Origin: the human T2T-CHM13v2.0 reference genome, Homo sapiens
Reading direction: 5' to 3' (one strand)
DNA: 64,000 nt
NCBI RefSeq assembly: GCF_009914755.1
Contig: NC_060926.1
Under the pieces are notes generated by a model. The model was not told the DNA's origin and searched no databases. It worked only from the letters and a program-made list of their open reading frames with translations. Numbering within the stretch: position 1 is the stretch's first letter; each line of letters starts with the position of its first letter. Positions 1 to 13,500 of this stretch are shown one piece after another. The translations under genes and the position numbers were made by a program.

Positions 1-350
1 CAACTTGTACAAAATTAAACTACTTATCCCAGCCTCCCTGCCCCTATCCCCTCACCTCACTCCCTAAAGGATATTTCTTCTCTGCTGGTCTTTACTTCCT
101 TACATGCAGACTCTAAAACTTGAAGCTGTATTTGACTTCTCCCTCTTCCTTGTCCCTGAATCCAGTTAGTAAGCTTTATGACATCTGTCACCTCCTTTCC
201 TTTTTCATACCCATTGCCATTACCTTCATTTAGGTCCTTATTAGCTGTTCACAAGCATAATTCCTTAATCATTGTATTCACCTTGTAGTCAAATGAATTC
301 TTAAGAAGAACAGCTCAAATCAATCATTATCCTACTCAAACATCTCCTGT
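1..350 (+). mobile_element. L2 LINE fragment (degenerate 3' region)
   Basis: ctctaaaacttgaagctgtatttgacttctccctcttcc...tccagttag resembles L2 'aaaaccttggagtcatccttgactcctctctc...atccaatc'; highly diverged. Confidence 0.6.
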
Positions 351-364
351 GGCTTCTCTCAGTG

Positions 365-595
365 AGTTACAGGCTCTGTAATACTATACACCTGTCTAAA
401 TCTCTACTCGGCTACTTACCAGCTGGGAAACATGACATACATTAATTGACTTAGCCCCAATTTTCTCAGCTCACAAGTAGGAATAAAACAGTAATCATAT
501 CTCATGAGGAGCTCTGAAGGAAATAATGCATGTAAATTCTTACTATGGTGGCTAGAACACTGAAGGATTTAGTGAATGGTGAGCATTATTATTAC
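365..595 (+). mobile_element. MIR SINE
   Basis: ctacttaccagctg, aattttctcagc...taggaataaaacagta, ataatgcatgtaaa...ttagtgaatggtgagcattattatta match the MIR core and 3' end. Confidence 0.7.
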
Positions 596-699
596 CATCA
601 CCACAGAATCCAATTCAAATGCCGCAGTTCAGCATCCAACACCATCCTCAAACTTAAATGAAAATTGTTTTCTCACACTTTGTAAGATTTATTAAACCA

Positions 700-1240
700 A
701 ATTCTCTCTCAAGGACAGGACCCACATCTTATTTGTCTTTTTGTCTCTGGCCCCTTAGGCAGTGCCTTACACTTCGTAGTTGCTCCAGAAATGTTCACTG
801 CACGAAGCACTAGCTGGTTCTTGGACATACACACTTTATGCGTTCTATCACTTTTCTCATGCTGTCATGCCTCCCAGGATGCTCGTCCCTTTTTGTCTCC
901 TTTTAAATTCTCTCGATTTTCAAGTGACATTTTAAATGCCATCTCTTCCACGAAGCCTTCCCTCTTTTTTCAGAAGAAAGCATTTTGATTTCCTCTGAAG
1001 CTGCAATGCATTTTATTCACATCTCCATTACAGTACTTAAGACTGTTGATAACCTGCAATGCATTTTATTTACATCTTCATTACAACACTTAAGAATGTT
1101 GATTGTGTATTACTTGTGCATGTGTCTTCTTCCCCAAAGAGCTCTAAGCTCTTCTGGCTTAGAGACCAGACTTAATTTACTGCTGTTTGTCTAGGGCCCT
1201 GCCCAGAGAAGGCACTTAATGAATGTGTTGAGTGAATGTA
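700..1240 (+). mobile_element. L2 3'-end fragments (two)
   Basis: L2 terminal motifs at ~700-800 (aaggacaggacccacatctta...gcagtgcc...tagttgctccagaaatgtt) and ~1140-1240 (aggcacttaatgaatgtgttgagtgaatg). Confidence 0.6.
1001..1103. repeat. 53-bp tandem duplication (2 copies)
   Basis: ctgcaatgcattttattcacatctccattacagtacttaagactgttgat at 1001 vs ctgcaatgcattttatttacatcttcattacaacacttaagaatgttgat at 1054; about 5 mismatches in 50. Confidence 0.9.
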
Positions 1241-2059
1241 GGCGTAAGGGAATAGCATCTGTGTTTTTAATATAAGAACTGTGCTGCTGCATACTACCTG
1301 ATTAAAGGTTTTATTGCTCATTGATAATTATGATCATCTTCAAAGAGTACATGGATTATGAGAATTACAGAAACAAGTTTAAGACCTCTTATAAATGAAG
1401 TATGTTCCTAATTTTGGCTTTAAGTCAGTACTCTAGAATCCAGAAGCATTTTTCATGGAAATAATAATTCCTGGGATAGTCCTCAAAAGCTTAATTAACC
1501 TGCAGGACAGCTGTGTAAGATACAGCATTGCATTAGCAATAGCACCTCAATGCCAACCCTACTATAAGGGGTCTTGAAAAGGAGTCAATAGCCTATGAGT
1601 GTTTATGAGGATACTCAGTCTTCCTTGCAAAACATAAAGCCATGACTTTTGTTTTCTTTTTTATATTTTAAGACAAACTCAGAAAGCCATAACCTGAAGC
1701 CAACTTAGTTGTGTATTCGAATGGTTACTTTTCATTGCTAGGATGAACGTGACTTGGTTAAAGAATTAATTTATAACTGTTGATTATAAATTGTAAATGT
1801 AGAAAATGGAAGTCCTCTATAAAGTCCACATATTTGAATTTTTAGAACTCAGAAATAATTTTCTTTTTAATTTACAATTCTAAATTATAGTTTTCATGTC
1901 TTCACTTTGAATTAATTTTAAATGGACTATGGCTTCTGATTCTTCAGCTTCAGTTCCTTCATCCGAATCCCCCTGACAAATGCATAATGACTTGTTGACA
2001 AATTTTTAATTACATTCATTGGGGAGGGGAACTGTTATTTTAGAGTAACTCTTGAGTGA

Positions 2060-2386
<327 letters not shown>

Positions 2387-2911
2387 CATAATCTTTTTTA
2401 ATGAAAAAATTATGGCCCTTCTAGTCATCTGAATTGCAATTTTGGATTTTCACAAGTTTACTTATTTAAAGCAGCAGGCAAACCTAGAAACAAGCTATCT
2501 GTGGGGGGAAAAACAAACAAACATATTTTCACTGTTACTTTTGCTTCCACCATCACTGAGCAAGACATTATGGTAAATTGAAAAGTGGGGTCACTGGTCC
2601 TAAAGGTGCTTTTCTATTTAGAGAACAAAAATAATATATCCAAAACAATTAGAGACTAATACAAAGACACATAAAATTTAATGCAAATTAGTGGCACAGA
2701 TATAGAAGTGGTACAGGACAGATCATAACATCCACAGGGCAGGAAGCTTTGTTTCATTCACTAATGTATCCTAAGCACCAGGAACAATGCCTTGCACATA
2801 TTGTCAGCTCAAAGCCACTGCAATCAAAGGAGAGACAAAAGTGGGCTAGAAGAGCTGGAGAAAGTTTCACTGTGAAGGCAGGACTTGAGCAAGACCTTAA
2901 AATTTGTGATT

Positions 2912-3640
2912 CTTTGATTCCTCCTTAGCTTCCACCTACATCCAGACTATTGGCAAGTCCTGTTGTCTCCAATTCCAACATAGGCTGCAAATCTTCCTGC
3001 TTCCATCCATGTCACTGTCACATACTAGTCCGAGACACCAACATTTGTCTGGACTACAGCTAATGGCTCTTAAGGGATCTTTCCGGGACCACTTACGGTC
3101 TCCGACATTTGGTTCTCACACAGCAGCCAAGCAAACTGTTTAAAAATACAAATCTGATCATGTCACTCCAGTGGAACAGTTTCCCACAGCACCTGGAATA
3201 AAATCAAACCCCTTGCTATGGCCTGCAGTCACCACATGTTTAATTAAGCCCCTGCCTGCTCCAAAACCTCACTGAGTACTGCCTCTCTTCCCCCAAGATC
3301 TAAGCGTCCTTCCTCTCTCTTTCCCAAACACATCACATTCACTCTGTCTCAGGCTTTTGCCTCTGCTGTTCCCTCAGCATGAAACTCCCTGCTCCCATTT
3401 CAGTTGTGCCTCAGCTCAGTTATCATCTCAGTGAGCCCCTCCCTCTATTACACTGCTCGGTTTATTTACTTCACGGCACTTACTTGTCTCTAAAATGATC
3501 ATGTTTTACTTGTTTACTTGTTCATTATCTCCTGTTACTAAAATATAATCTCCACAGGGATAAAAACTATATTCCCAGTTTCTAGAGCAGGGCCAGGCCT
3601 ATGGTAGGTACTCAATACATATTTTGAATGAATGAATGAC
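2912..3640 (+). mobile_element. L2 (L2a/b-like) 3' ~730 bp
   Basis: ggcaagtcctgtt, tctggactacagctaatggctct, aaatctgatcatgtcactcc; ends gtaggtactcaatacatattttgaatgaatgaatga. Confidence 0.85.
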
Positions 3641-4149
3641 CATACTTTTCCAGCATTTTCAAATGTGAAAATACAATTTTAGCATCAAATAGTTTCAAGG
3701 ACTTCTCACATAGTATTAGTGTTATTTTTTCCCTCAGTATTCACTGATCATATTCAAAGCTGTTATGAAGTTAGCAACATTTAAAGTATGGTGGTATTTC
3801 ATTATCACAGCAGGGCTGACATACATTTGGCAAAAATATGTTGGGTGTGTGTGAGAAATGGTATTTATTCAATCTGTCAAACTGAAATCTATTAAACTTA
3901 GTACACATTTCCATTTACAGGTATGTGAGGATCCTCAGCCCACAGATGTCAGTGAAGCCATTAATTGATACTCAGATTTGGTATAAGAGGACAGAAGGAA
4001 TGGCAGAGGTCTTAGCTAGAGCTTTCTTAAGACCAATATGAGAATAAACTCTATTTAAACACTTATCCTAAACTGAGGATAAACTAACTTATTTTTTAAA
4101 CCATCTAACACCTAGAGTTTATTAGTCATCTTTACTCATTTGTATAACA

Positions 4150-4400
4150 ATGTCTAACACTTACATAACATTTATTATGCACCAACACTGTTCTATACAC
4201 TTATGTATATTAATTCACCCAATTTTCAAATTAACACAGTAAAGGAAGAACTTGCTATTACCTGCATTCTCTAGATGAGGAAACAGGGCACAGAAAGACA
4301 AAATATCTTCCCCAAGATCCTAAAGCAGGCAAGCGTCAGAGCTGGGGTTCAAACACACGTAGTTTGGCTCTAGAGTCCATACTTTTACCACTATGTTATG
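4150..4400 (-). mobile_element. MIR SINE
   Basis: tagatgaggaaacagggcacagaaag...cccaagatc...cagagctggggttcaaac...tggctctagagtcc (antisense MIR core). Confidence 0.85.
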
Positions 4401-5584
4401 CTGCCTTGCTGATATAAGGAGGTATCAAATTTACACTAATAAAATATCTTTTGCACCATCCATAGCATACAAGAAAAATTGCTTATCAGATGTCAGTTAC
4501 TCCTAAATATGCATATTTTACTTTTAAACATTAAGTAGTATCTTCCTGATTACCGCCAAATAAAGCTCTGAAATACTTCACAGCAAGTAACTTTATGAAG
4601 CAGTTCTATATCATGTGGGAAATCATGAGGAAAATCTAAATAAAATACCAAATCTCACGGTGCCTTTAATATCACTGTGAAAACAGCATAATTTTCTAGG
4701 ACATGTTGTGAAGGCTGAGGTGATAAGATAGCATATCTTAAAATGACTTGAAACCAAAAATGTATTTGTGAGCATATTCCCAAATCACCACAAATGTTTT
4801 GTTTTGACAGGTTAGAACATGAGGACACAGAACTCACCTTACTATATAAGGTCTTTAAGTGTGCAAAGCACAGTGCTTTCTGCACAGTATTGGGTCAAGC
4901 TGTTTATGAAGAAAGGTCAATATTGGCTTATAGCACCAAGGCTATAGATACAGTCCAAGAAAGAATTCCAATAAGACTTAGGTTGTTCTGCCATTCATAT
5001 AAGGCCCTTCATTTATTTCCTCATTTAGTCCCTCCTTTTTGAAGGGAGTATCTGTCTTATGAAATGTGAATGAGTCAAGGAGGAGTTGAGTATCCTGAAC
5101 ATAGTTATGCAACATGACCCCTATGTAATAAATCTTCCTAGAAGCAGTTCTTTTCCAAATGGGGCCTGTCTTCACTATTCTCATGTGATACTTGGCAAAT
5201 GAGGTATTCTGAGTCTGACTGGACACTTCTCTGCTCCTCAGCTGACAACTCTTCAACACAGATGTCAGCCAGAAAACTTTACTGGGGCATGTAGGGGATC
5301 AGAACTTTTGAATCATATCCAGCCAAGAGAGTCCATCATCTCTCAGCTCTCTGCTGCCCTGACCCATCCCAACACCAACGTACCACTCCTGCAAGTCCTC
5401 CCAGCTCTGATGACACAGAACATGGGAGGGGGAAAGGATGGGCTCTCAACATGAAGCTGGTTCCTTTGTGAGTTCACTAAGGCATAAAAATCTGTACATT
5501 TCTGTGATCTATTCTTTAATAAAAATCTGGGGGCTTGGGAACAAATGTGAAGGAACTTAGGGCCTTTTATCACAGTGTATGTAG

Positions 5585-5780
5585 CCTTAGAGCCAGACCC
5601 CAGTTCAAATTTTGCTTTTACCATTTAATAGTGAAAAGACTTTGGAGAAGTGCTTATTCTCTGAGCCTCAATTTTCTCATCAGAAATAATATCTGTCTTT
5701 TTTAGATTTGGAAGGGGAAGGACACTTATACAATGCTTAACACAGTGTCTGGCACAGTTCGCATTCAATAAATGTTAGTT
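5585..5780 (+). mobile_element. MIR SINE
   Basis: ttagagccagaccccagttcaaat...ctctgagcctcaattttctcatc...gcttaacacagtgtctggcacag...tcaataaatgttag. Confidence 0.85.
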
Positions 5781-5901
5781 CTCTCTTTGTTTCTCTGATT
5801 CTGAAGAGAGCCAGTTGTTTGGAGGCTGGCATTTAGAAATGCCTATAATATCCTCAACATATTCCATTTTTATTGGTTTTCTCTTTATTTTGGCTTTATG
5901 C

Positions 5902-6049
5902 CAGGGCTTCTTAAATTAGGATCCATGGACCACCCCCTCTCCAGGAATTGTATGCAAATATTTGCAACCATGTTCATTTCTCAGAGAGAGGAATCAGAGT
6001 TAATCAATTCACAAGGGATTCTGTGATTCAAACGGATTAAAAATGTCTG
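5902..6049 (+). mobile_element. hAT-Charlie MITE, MER103C-like
   Basis: cagggcttcttaaattaggatccatggac...tgtatgcaaa...gagagagg...ctgtgattcaaacggattaaaaatgtctg follows the MER103C layout. Confidence 0.65.
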
Positions 6050-6384
6050 CATATGTTTCTGAAAAGTTGCAGGCAAACCGAATATCTTTTTTTAAATCAA
6101 ATTTTATTTTTAATGTACTAGAAGAGCCTGTGAGTAAAAGGGACTCTACAATGAATCTTTCTATAAAGCAAATACTTGTTTCATAAACTGCATATTTAAT
6201 CCAGGTTTTTTGCATACTACATTTGATTAAAGTAGAATATATAGTGATATTACATGCATAGTAGCTAACTTTCATTAACAATTTAAACACTGCTTGTGGG
6301 GTCAAGTTCAAGTTCAGTGTACACTGAAAGAATTCCAGAAAGTCCTTGCTCTTAACTGGACAAAGTCTTTGTTATCCTCTGCTC

Positions 6385-6725
6385 CAAACATCTTTTTATG
6401 GAGGAAGAAATTGAGGTTCTGAGAGGTTATGTGACTTGCCCAAGGTCATTACAACAGTTATGGACAATAAGGAATAACAGCTGTAAAAATAATGACAGTG
6501 ATTATGATGATGATGACAGCACTGTGATCTATTGAGCATTTACTTAAGCTAAGTCTTTTAAAGAGTCTAACCTCATGTACTTTCACTACAAGCCCGAAGG
6601 AAGATTACCTCTATTCAGCAGATGAGGCACTCTGCCCAGGGCTCCATAGCCAGCAAAGGGACAACTTAGAACAAAATCCAGCTCACAACTCATATCCCTG
6701 TTTTGGCTTTCCACATTGTACTCTT
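6385..6725 (-). mobile_element. MIR fragments (two)
   Basis: gaaattgaggttctgagaggttatgtgacttgcccaaggtca (~6408-6449); tattgagcatttact...cagatgagg (~6530-6630). Confidence 0.75.
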
Positions 6726-9700
6726 AATCAGTACTTGAAACTGCTTCACAGAACACAACAGAACAGAGAGTCATGTGGTCTTGAAATACAAACAATTAAA
6801 AGGTTAGTTAGGAAAGATTCAGTTACAACCTTTAAGTTCTATTCATATTTTCACATGGCGTTTCTCAAATACAATATTAGACAGTTCTTGCTAATGCTAC
6901 ACTTTCACAAATATACACTAGGAGTACAATCTCTAGAACAAATCCAGATCATCTCCTGCTTGTAGTAGGGCTCTTAGACACAACCCTCCTCTGGCCATAT
7001 TCCTACCCAGTTCGTAGGCCAAAGGGATCGGCCCACATTGTCTATGCCTTCCCTACCCCTCCTTCTAGACCACATCCTGGGTTCCTGGGATTCTGTAAGT
7101 TGATGCCCTAATGGCCCTCGGACTACTTCCAAGTCCTGTGTAGGTCTCTTTTCCAGATCCCTTCCTGTGAGGTGGAAAACGCCTGTGGGGGCCTGGGAGT
7201 GGCCTCAGGGTGGCTATTTTCAGGAAATGTAGTTGGAGGTTGGCAGTGAGGACTAGGGTGTCTACCTTCTTGTTGAACAGGACAGGAGGTGGGCCAGGAG
7301 CCACTTTGTGCTTCCATGTTCTGGCAGAGAACTTTGAGGTGTCTAGGAATTCTAAAATAATACCTGGCCTTCTCAGATATTTATGAATAAAAAAATCCAT
7401 GTATTCAAAATCCAACTGATTTTCAACGATGGCTAAAAGCCACATAGTGTACTAGGTGTTAAGTATATAATGATGGACCAGAAACCTTCAGTCCCTGCCT
7501 TCATGGAGCTAACTGCCTCGTGAAGGGTTTACCTGAACACACAGACATTTAAGATACAGAGTGCTAGTGTGGCAATAGGAAAAACACTGATATGGCAAAG
7601 GCTGGGTGGGAAAAGAGAGGCTGATAGAGCTAAGAAGTTCAAGTAGAAGGCATCATAGTAACCTATGTGAGAGACAATTTGAGTATGAACCGAGGGTTAG
7701 GCTGTAGTGAGAAAAGAATACAGACAAAAGAGGTAGACTCAACAGGACATGACAACTGATTGGAGACAGGGCTAATATCCAATGGACTATTCAGCAAGGC
7801 TCCCAGCTTGGGTAGATGGAAGGGCCTATCATGGAGAAAGAACACAGAACGAGAGGTCAGTTTGGAGGGAAATGTCATTTCTAAGCTTTGACCTGAAAAC
7901 CCCTCCAACTCAGGGATTTTGGTTTCTACCTACCCATACTACCACAAAGACTGAGGTTGTGCAAGGCCTGTGTGCTAGACTGTATGGTCCTCCCCTTCCC
8001 ACTAAGCCCTGTTTATTCTGTACCGCCAAAAAGAAGGGCAGACAAACAACAGCCATGAATAAAGGGAATTCTTGAATGAGGCTCTCATTTATAATTCCTC
8101 TGTCAAAGATAATCATTTGTTTAAAATATGTGGCTATCATTAAAGTTACTAGGACTATTTAATAAATAATAAAGTAGCAGAATTTTCCCAATTATATTTG
8201 ATTTTCAGATATTTCAAATCTTATAGCAAGAATTCAGATTTAGTCAATATTTCAAGAATCTGCTCTCAAGTATTTAATGTTAACCTAATAAATGTTGATA
8301 CTTTAAAGTTGAAGAAAGTGACTTAGGAATGGCGAATTCATATCTTCTGTAACATATCTTTTCAGACGTTGCATATGCATTTCACAGTATATCTCTAGCA
8401 GCAATTAATCTTTATTAATAGATCTGAATTATTATCTTTTCTCAATCTCCAAGAATTTCACATGAAAAATTCTGGAAGAAAAATTTTAAGCAATAGCACC
8501 TAGACTTGGATGAAAGGAATAGTATAATTTTTAATTTTTATTTTGCCAAAACACCAAACTGATATGCTAACAATACTTTGTGAGGCCAGCAGCTATCAGG
8601 AAAAAAGAAAAACCAAAAAAACAAAAAACTAAAGGATAGGTTCAGTTTTTCTTGAAAACAAACTTTTCAAAAGTAAAATTTATCATTTTGCTCAATATTG
8701 ATGAATATTTGTTTGTTTTATTTATTAGTTATGTCATGTGCTGTAAAGTTAGGTCTTTTTAAAAATAAAAAATTTAGATTAAAAGTTAAATTTAAGAAAG
8801 TTACTTTTGAACTTTTTAACAATTGTGCTATGTGAATTTTTGAAGTTAAAAAAATAGAAATCAATACTCTGTAAGGGAAAAATAAAAAACGGATGAGAAA
8901 GCTTTCAAGGCTTCATAAGTATTTTAAGTAAGCTCAGAGGAAAAAGACAAGTTGTGTGTCAGCAGTGCCAAAGTTACTCAGATCTAATGCCTATGTGGCT
9001 TTGGATAAAGTCTTAATTTTTTTTACATTTCAGTCTCTGTGAATACGAGAACTAGAATAAAAACAAACTCACCAAAATGCCATAAAAATAAGGTTAATTA
9101 TGAGTTCTGACATAACTTGATAAAAAGTATAGCATTATTATTATAATATCTATTTCATTTTCTCTTTCCACAGAAGGGTATCCTTGTGAACCCAAAGGAA
9201 TGACTTTCAAAATCACTCCTTTACTATAATGCTGTTTAAGATCCGTAACAAAATCTTTACTCATGAGGAACGGGCAAATAAAAATTAACAATTTGAGGGT
9301 GATGATAGAAGTATGACTCAGGCCTGAATTAAGGGGTTTGAATCCTGCACATAAACTGCATTTTACAATAGGGAAAATATAGGTAAACCACAATCTATTT
9401 GGGGAAAAACAAAACTGTACCTTTCTGTGGTTAAAATACAGATCAGAAGTGATACTAATCAGATAGGGAGTATTGTACTTGCTCAGAACAATAAATGAAC
9501 TCAGTACAATTAAATGAACTTTTCTGTTTATCCTTCTCAATATTTTTAGGAGCCAGTGCAAACAACAAAGTACAAAGTCTATGGAAGCAGAATCTAAAGT
9601 ATCCCTGTTTGGCTCTGAGCAAGATATTTATCTGCTTTATCCTGAATAAGGAGCAGCGTGGGCTAAAAAATATCTCTGAATAAACAATGATAAAATCTGC

Positions 9701-10009
9701 TGGGTAACTACTAAAATAATGAATATTGAAGCACTGGCATTACAGTCAAATCAACTGTAGCTACTTACAGGAAAAGACCATTAAAAGCCACAAAGCCTAG
9801 AAACTAACTAGATGGAAGCAATACTAAGGAAGTTAATCTGAAGTCATACTTGTACATTGAAGAAATTATATTCTTCACATAGCATAGATTGTGAACATTT
9901 ATAAGTATGGACACAACAACAACTAACTACTGCCTTCTCTTAAGATTCTGAAGAGTTAGGGAAGGAAGGAGGGATGTTAGGGGGTAAGGGCTTTACCTAA
10001 GGAGAGAAG

Positions 10010-10360
10010 CTCCTTGCTTCCCTTGCTCTCTCACTCCTTCCTTCTTGAACTTCTTAAAGCCCTGCCTTCTAGGATATTTCTCTCTCCAGGCCCTCCTCCA
10101 GTCTCTCTAATCAAATTGCTTTCTCTTTTTAGAACTGCCCTTCTTTCGTTTCTGTGTATGTTGATGCTGCTCAGGTACCAACATCGGTCTTCTGCTGGTG
10201 GCCCTCTACCCTCTCTGGATGGTCTCCTTGCCTCTCAGGGTATTATCTCTCTGCCGATGACTGCTACTCAGAGCTCAGGCCTCTGCCCCAGGCCTCAGCT
10301 CTGTATATGCAGATACCTCCTGGGTATTGCCAACTGGATGTCCCATAACCACGCTGAAAG
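10010..10360 (+). mobile_element. L2 reverse-transcriptase remnant
   Basis: ORF-track peptides SHSFLLELL and GYYLSADD resemble L2 RT (DHSLLLETL, YHLYADD); frameshifted; ends ctggatgtcccataaccac. Confidence 0.75.
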
Positions 10361-11169
10361 CCAAATTTATTTGGGCTGGGAGAATTCGCTCTGCGATATG
10401 ACAATAAAATTACTCATCCTGTGATAATAAAACATATATGTAGAAGAAGAAGAGAGTCAGTGCCAAAAAGTGAGAAAAAAATAAAAACAAGATTTCGTAC
10501 AAATCTTCACTATACCAGAATTATATATTTCAACTATAGTTATAATGATCTGATTACAAATTAAATGTAACATTATTTGAACTTTAAGTTCAAATGAATG
10601 ATAGCACTTTGGTTGGGTTTGTTTTGCCCCTCACCAAATGTTAAAACCAGATTGAGAAGCAGAAGTCGAAATGCTATTTATTTGGAATTCTCATTGGCCT
10701 GCAAGCATTGCTCCTTTCCTTGGAAAGCTTTTCTTCCTACAGGAGAAGCTTTCAAAGGCCACTTGTCTGGGAGTGAGGCTCCATGTGGTAGCTGATTCTA
10801 CCTACTTTACTGCAGAATGCCAGACCCAGGGGAAGAATATCAAGAAAAAAAAGAAAGCAAAAGGGAGGAAAGAATTAATATAGTTCTCTCTCTACCAAAA
10901 TTTCTGCATGAAGAATAAGTGGTAGTTATGCCCAAGTGTTTTGGTATTCTTAAAAGACTTTTGTTTTTTTTTAAAGGGAGGTACCCATGTTTTTAGTTTA
11001 TATTCTTGACCCAGTGCTGGTATAATGCCCATGGGATAGTTAAAAATTTTAAAGTGCTACAAGATTTTCATTAAAAATCTATTAGAATTTCCTCAAGGGT
11101 TCATTTTAAAAGTAAAAGTTGGAATACATTTAAATGATAATATGTTGCATAAAAACTTTAACTTGTTTC

Positions 11170-11850
11170 TTCCCTTAGATAACTCCTCTCCTTGTATTCT
11201 TTAAGTTAGACGATGGCAACTCTGGCACAACACTTGCCCCGTACCTCTCATTTTCTTCCCACAGGCACACAGTTACCAGGTCTTACATGTGTAACCCTCC
11301 AAAACGTCTCAAATCCATCCCTGTGACTGACTTCTGTCCTAGTTCAGACCCTCATCTCTTCACATCATTACTGGACTCCTTCACTCCAGTTTTAATCTCT
11401 TTGGATCCATCTCCCATGCCGCTGCCAGATCAACGTATCTAAAAATCAAAAGTGAACCACATTACTCCTCTACTTAGAATCCTTTTTTTCCATTTATCCA
11501 TTTGACACATATGTCCTGAGGGTTAGGGCCTATGAGCCACATCTATGCGTGATGTTGGGAATGTGGCCTAAACAAGACAGTTGGGGTACCCATGCCCATG
11601 GAGCTTCACCTTCATCATGTCATTTACACTAACATGGCCTACATGGTCATAAATCTGACTATTTCTATGCATTTTTAAGAGAGGAAGTATCTTTTTGACT
11701 CACTAAGGTTGGATGAAGTATTCCTTCACTTTGTTCCTGTAATACCTATATTCCACATCACCGTAGTTACTGCATTATACTGTGAGCATCTTTCTATAAG
11801 TGCACAATCATATACCCAGTTCTGGACAAATATTTAATGACTAACAAATT
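11170..11850 (+). mobile_element. L2 3' region with an antisense L2 end nested at ~11490-11610
   Basis: ctagttcagaccctcatc, gctgccagatcaacgtatctaaaaatcaaaagtgaaccacattactcctctacttagaatcc; nested catttatccatttgacacatat...aaacaagacag. Confidence 0.65.
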
Positions 11851-13349
11851 TGAACATGATTCATAAATTCTATATAGTCTATAATGACTTCAGAGAAAAC
11901 TGGTGGCAAGAGATACCGATAATACAGAGATGTAATTCAGGGAAGAGACCAGGAAGCAGGAGCTGTTTGGATCTCAGCTCTAAGCCATATCCACATGGGC
12001 TTATAAAATTCAGGCAGTTCAACAAACACAGGGTAAGTCCAATTGATCATCTTGTTCCAGGAATCTCTGCTGCACTGTTTGCCTCCTTGATCAAGGTGTT
12101 AATTAAGTATGTTATGATAAAAACCGGTCCTTTTGCTAGAGAAAGTTTGAGGAAAATCTCACAACAGACGGCTTTAAGCATTCCTCAGATAAGATATAAG
12201 GAATCCAGGAGAAAACTGGATATAAAAATATATTGAGGCAGTAGAAAGTATCATTATCTGCAAATGAATATTTGTGGCATGGAGAAGAGCCCTGTAACAT
12301 TGGGCTAATAGAGTAAAACCTAAGACTTTCCAAGAAGCTTTAGAACCCTCTATGAGAAAATAAGCAGGCCACCCAGGCCCAGGTGGACTAAAGGGATCTT
12401 ATTTTTTTAAGGTCAAAATTAATAGGGAATAAGCCAAAACTATTTTCTGAGATGCTAGAATAATATTTTTTCCATTTAAAGCTACTTCTAGTTCATTAGA
12501 ACTCATTAGAGAATACTTGATATAAAGTTGATTATGTATCAGATATATAAATCTCACGCTGAAACATAAAGTTTCTCTAATAGTGTATGCCAAAAAGTAT
12601 ATATGAATATGGTTCCTTTTCTTCTGTAAGACCCATTATTGTAATTCTCTAATTATATAGTGTCAGCATCTACTTTAAAGAGAAACATTGCCCATGCATG
12701 CCCAGTATATTTCTGGTAGAAAATGTGATAAGTGGACCTATGCTCCTTTATAATTATTAATCTTGGGGAAAAATAATTTAAGGGCTTATTAAAACCTTAT
12801 AAATTGAAAATTTTCTTTTTCTTATCAGAAAAAAACTATAATCGCTTTTTACAAAAGTTTGGATAATTATGTGTCAGTATTCCTAATAAATTACTAATAT
12901 GAATACTAGTTATGGCCACAGTAAGGAAAACAATGAATAAACTAATTGTTTAGTGGTTTGTGCTGTCTTTACTAAAAAAAAAATACTGATGACTATGAAT
13001 AAGTGTCAATGTGTTTGCTTTTCTGTTATTTTTCATAGGCTGATATATTTAACTCTCATAATGTTTTTAAGCTAACATATATCCATTTTTTATATTAAGC
13101 AATCAGTAAGTATCTAAATAGTTTTTCCTTCCTTCACAATTACTTATTACTTAATTACATAATCATATGCTATTATTGTTGGCTAGGCACCTTAGACATT
13201 AATCACTTTCCTCAACTAGTGACAGTACTCTGAACGTGGGATGTATATGTGTGTTTGTGCATCCATATACACATTGATAGATTCTTTGGATAATGTTTAT
13301 ATTTATGTATGTTGCACATTTAAGTACTATAGACTTCCATTCAGAAGCT

Positions 13350-13500
13350 CTAATTCATTTATAAATTCATTCAAATATTTCTTAAGCATCTACTATGAAC
13401 CAGTGCCTGTGTTCATTCTAACGAAGACAGGGTCCCTGCTCTTAAGAGGTAGTTGGGAAAAGAAAACAAATATGTTACAAGGGCAATAAATGAGTTATGT
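13350..13500 (-). mobile_element. L2 3' end
   Basis: attcatttataaattcattcaaatatttcttaagcatctactatgaaccag...gaagacagggtccctgctctta. Confidence 0.7.

Noticed and set aside
9094-9561. Longest ORF in the track (155 aa, minus strand)
   Set aside because: AT-rich and I/L/F/K-biased, with no recognisable domain or splice context; expected by chance.
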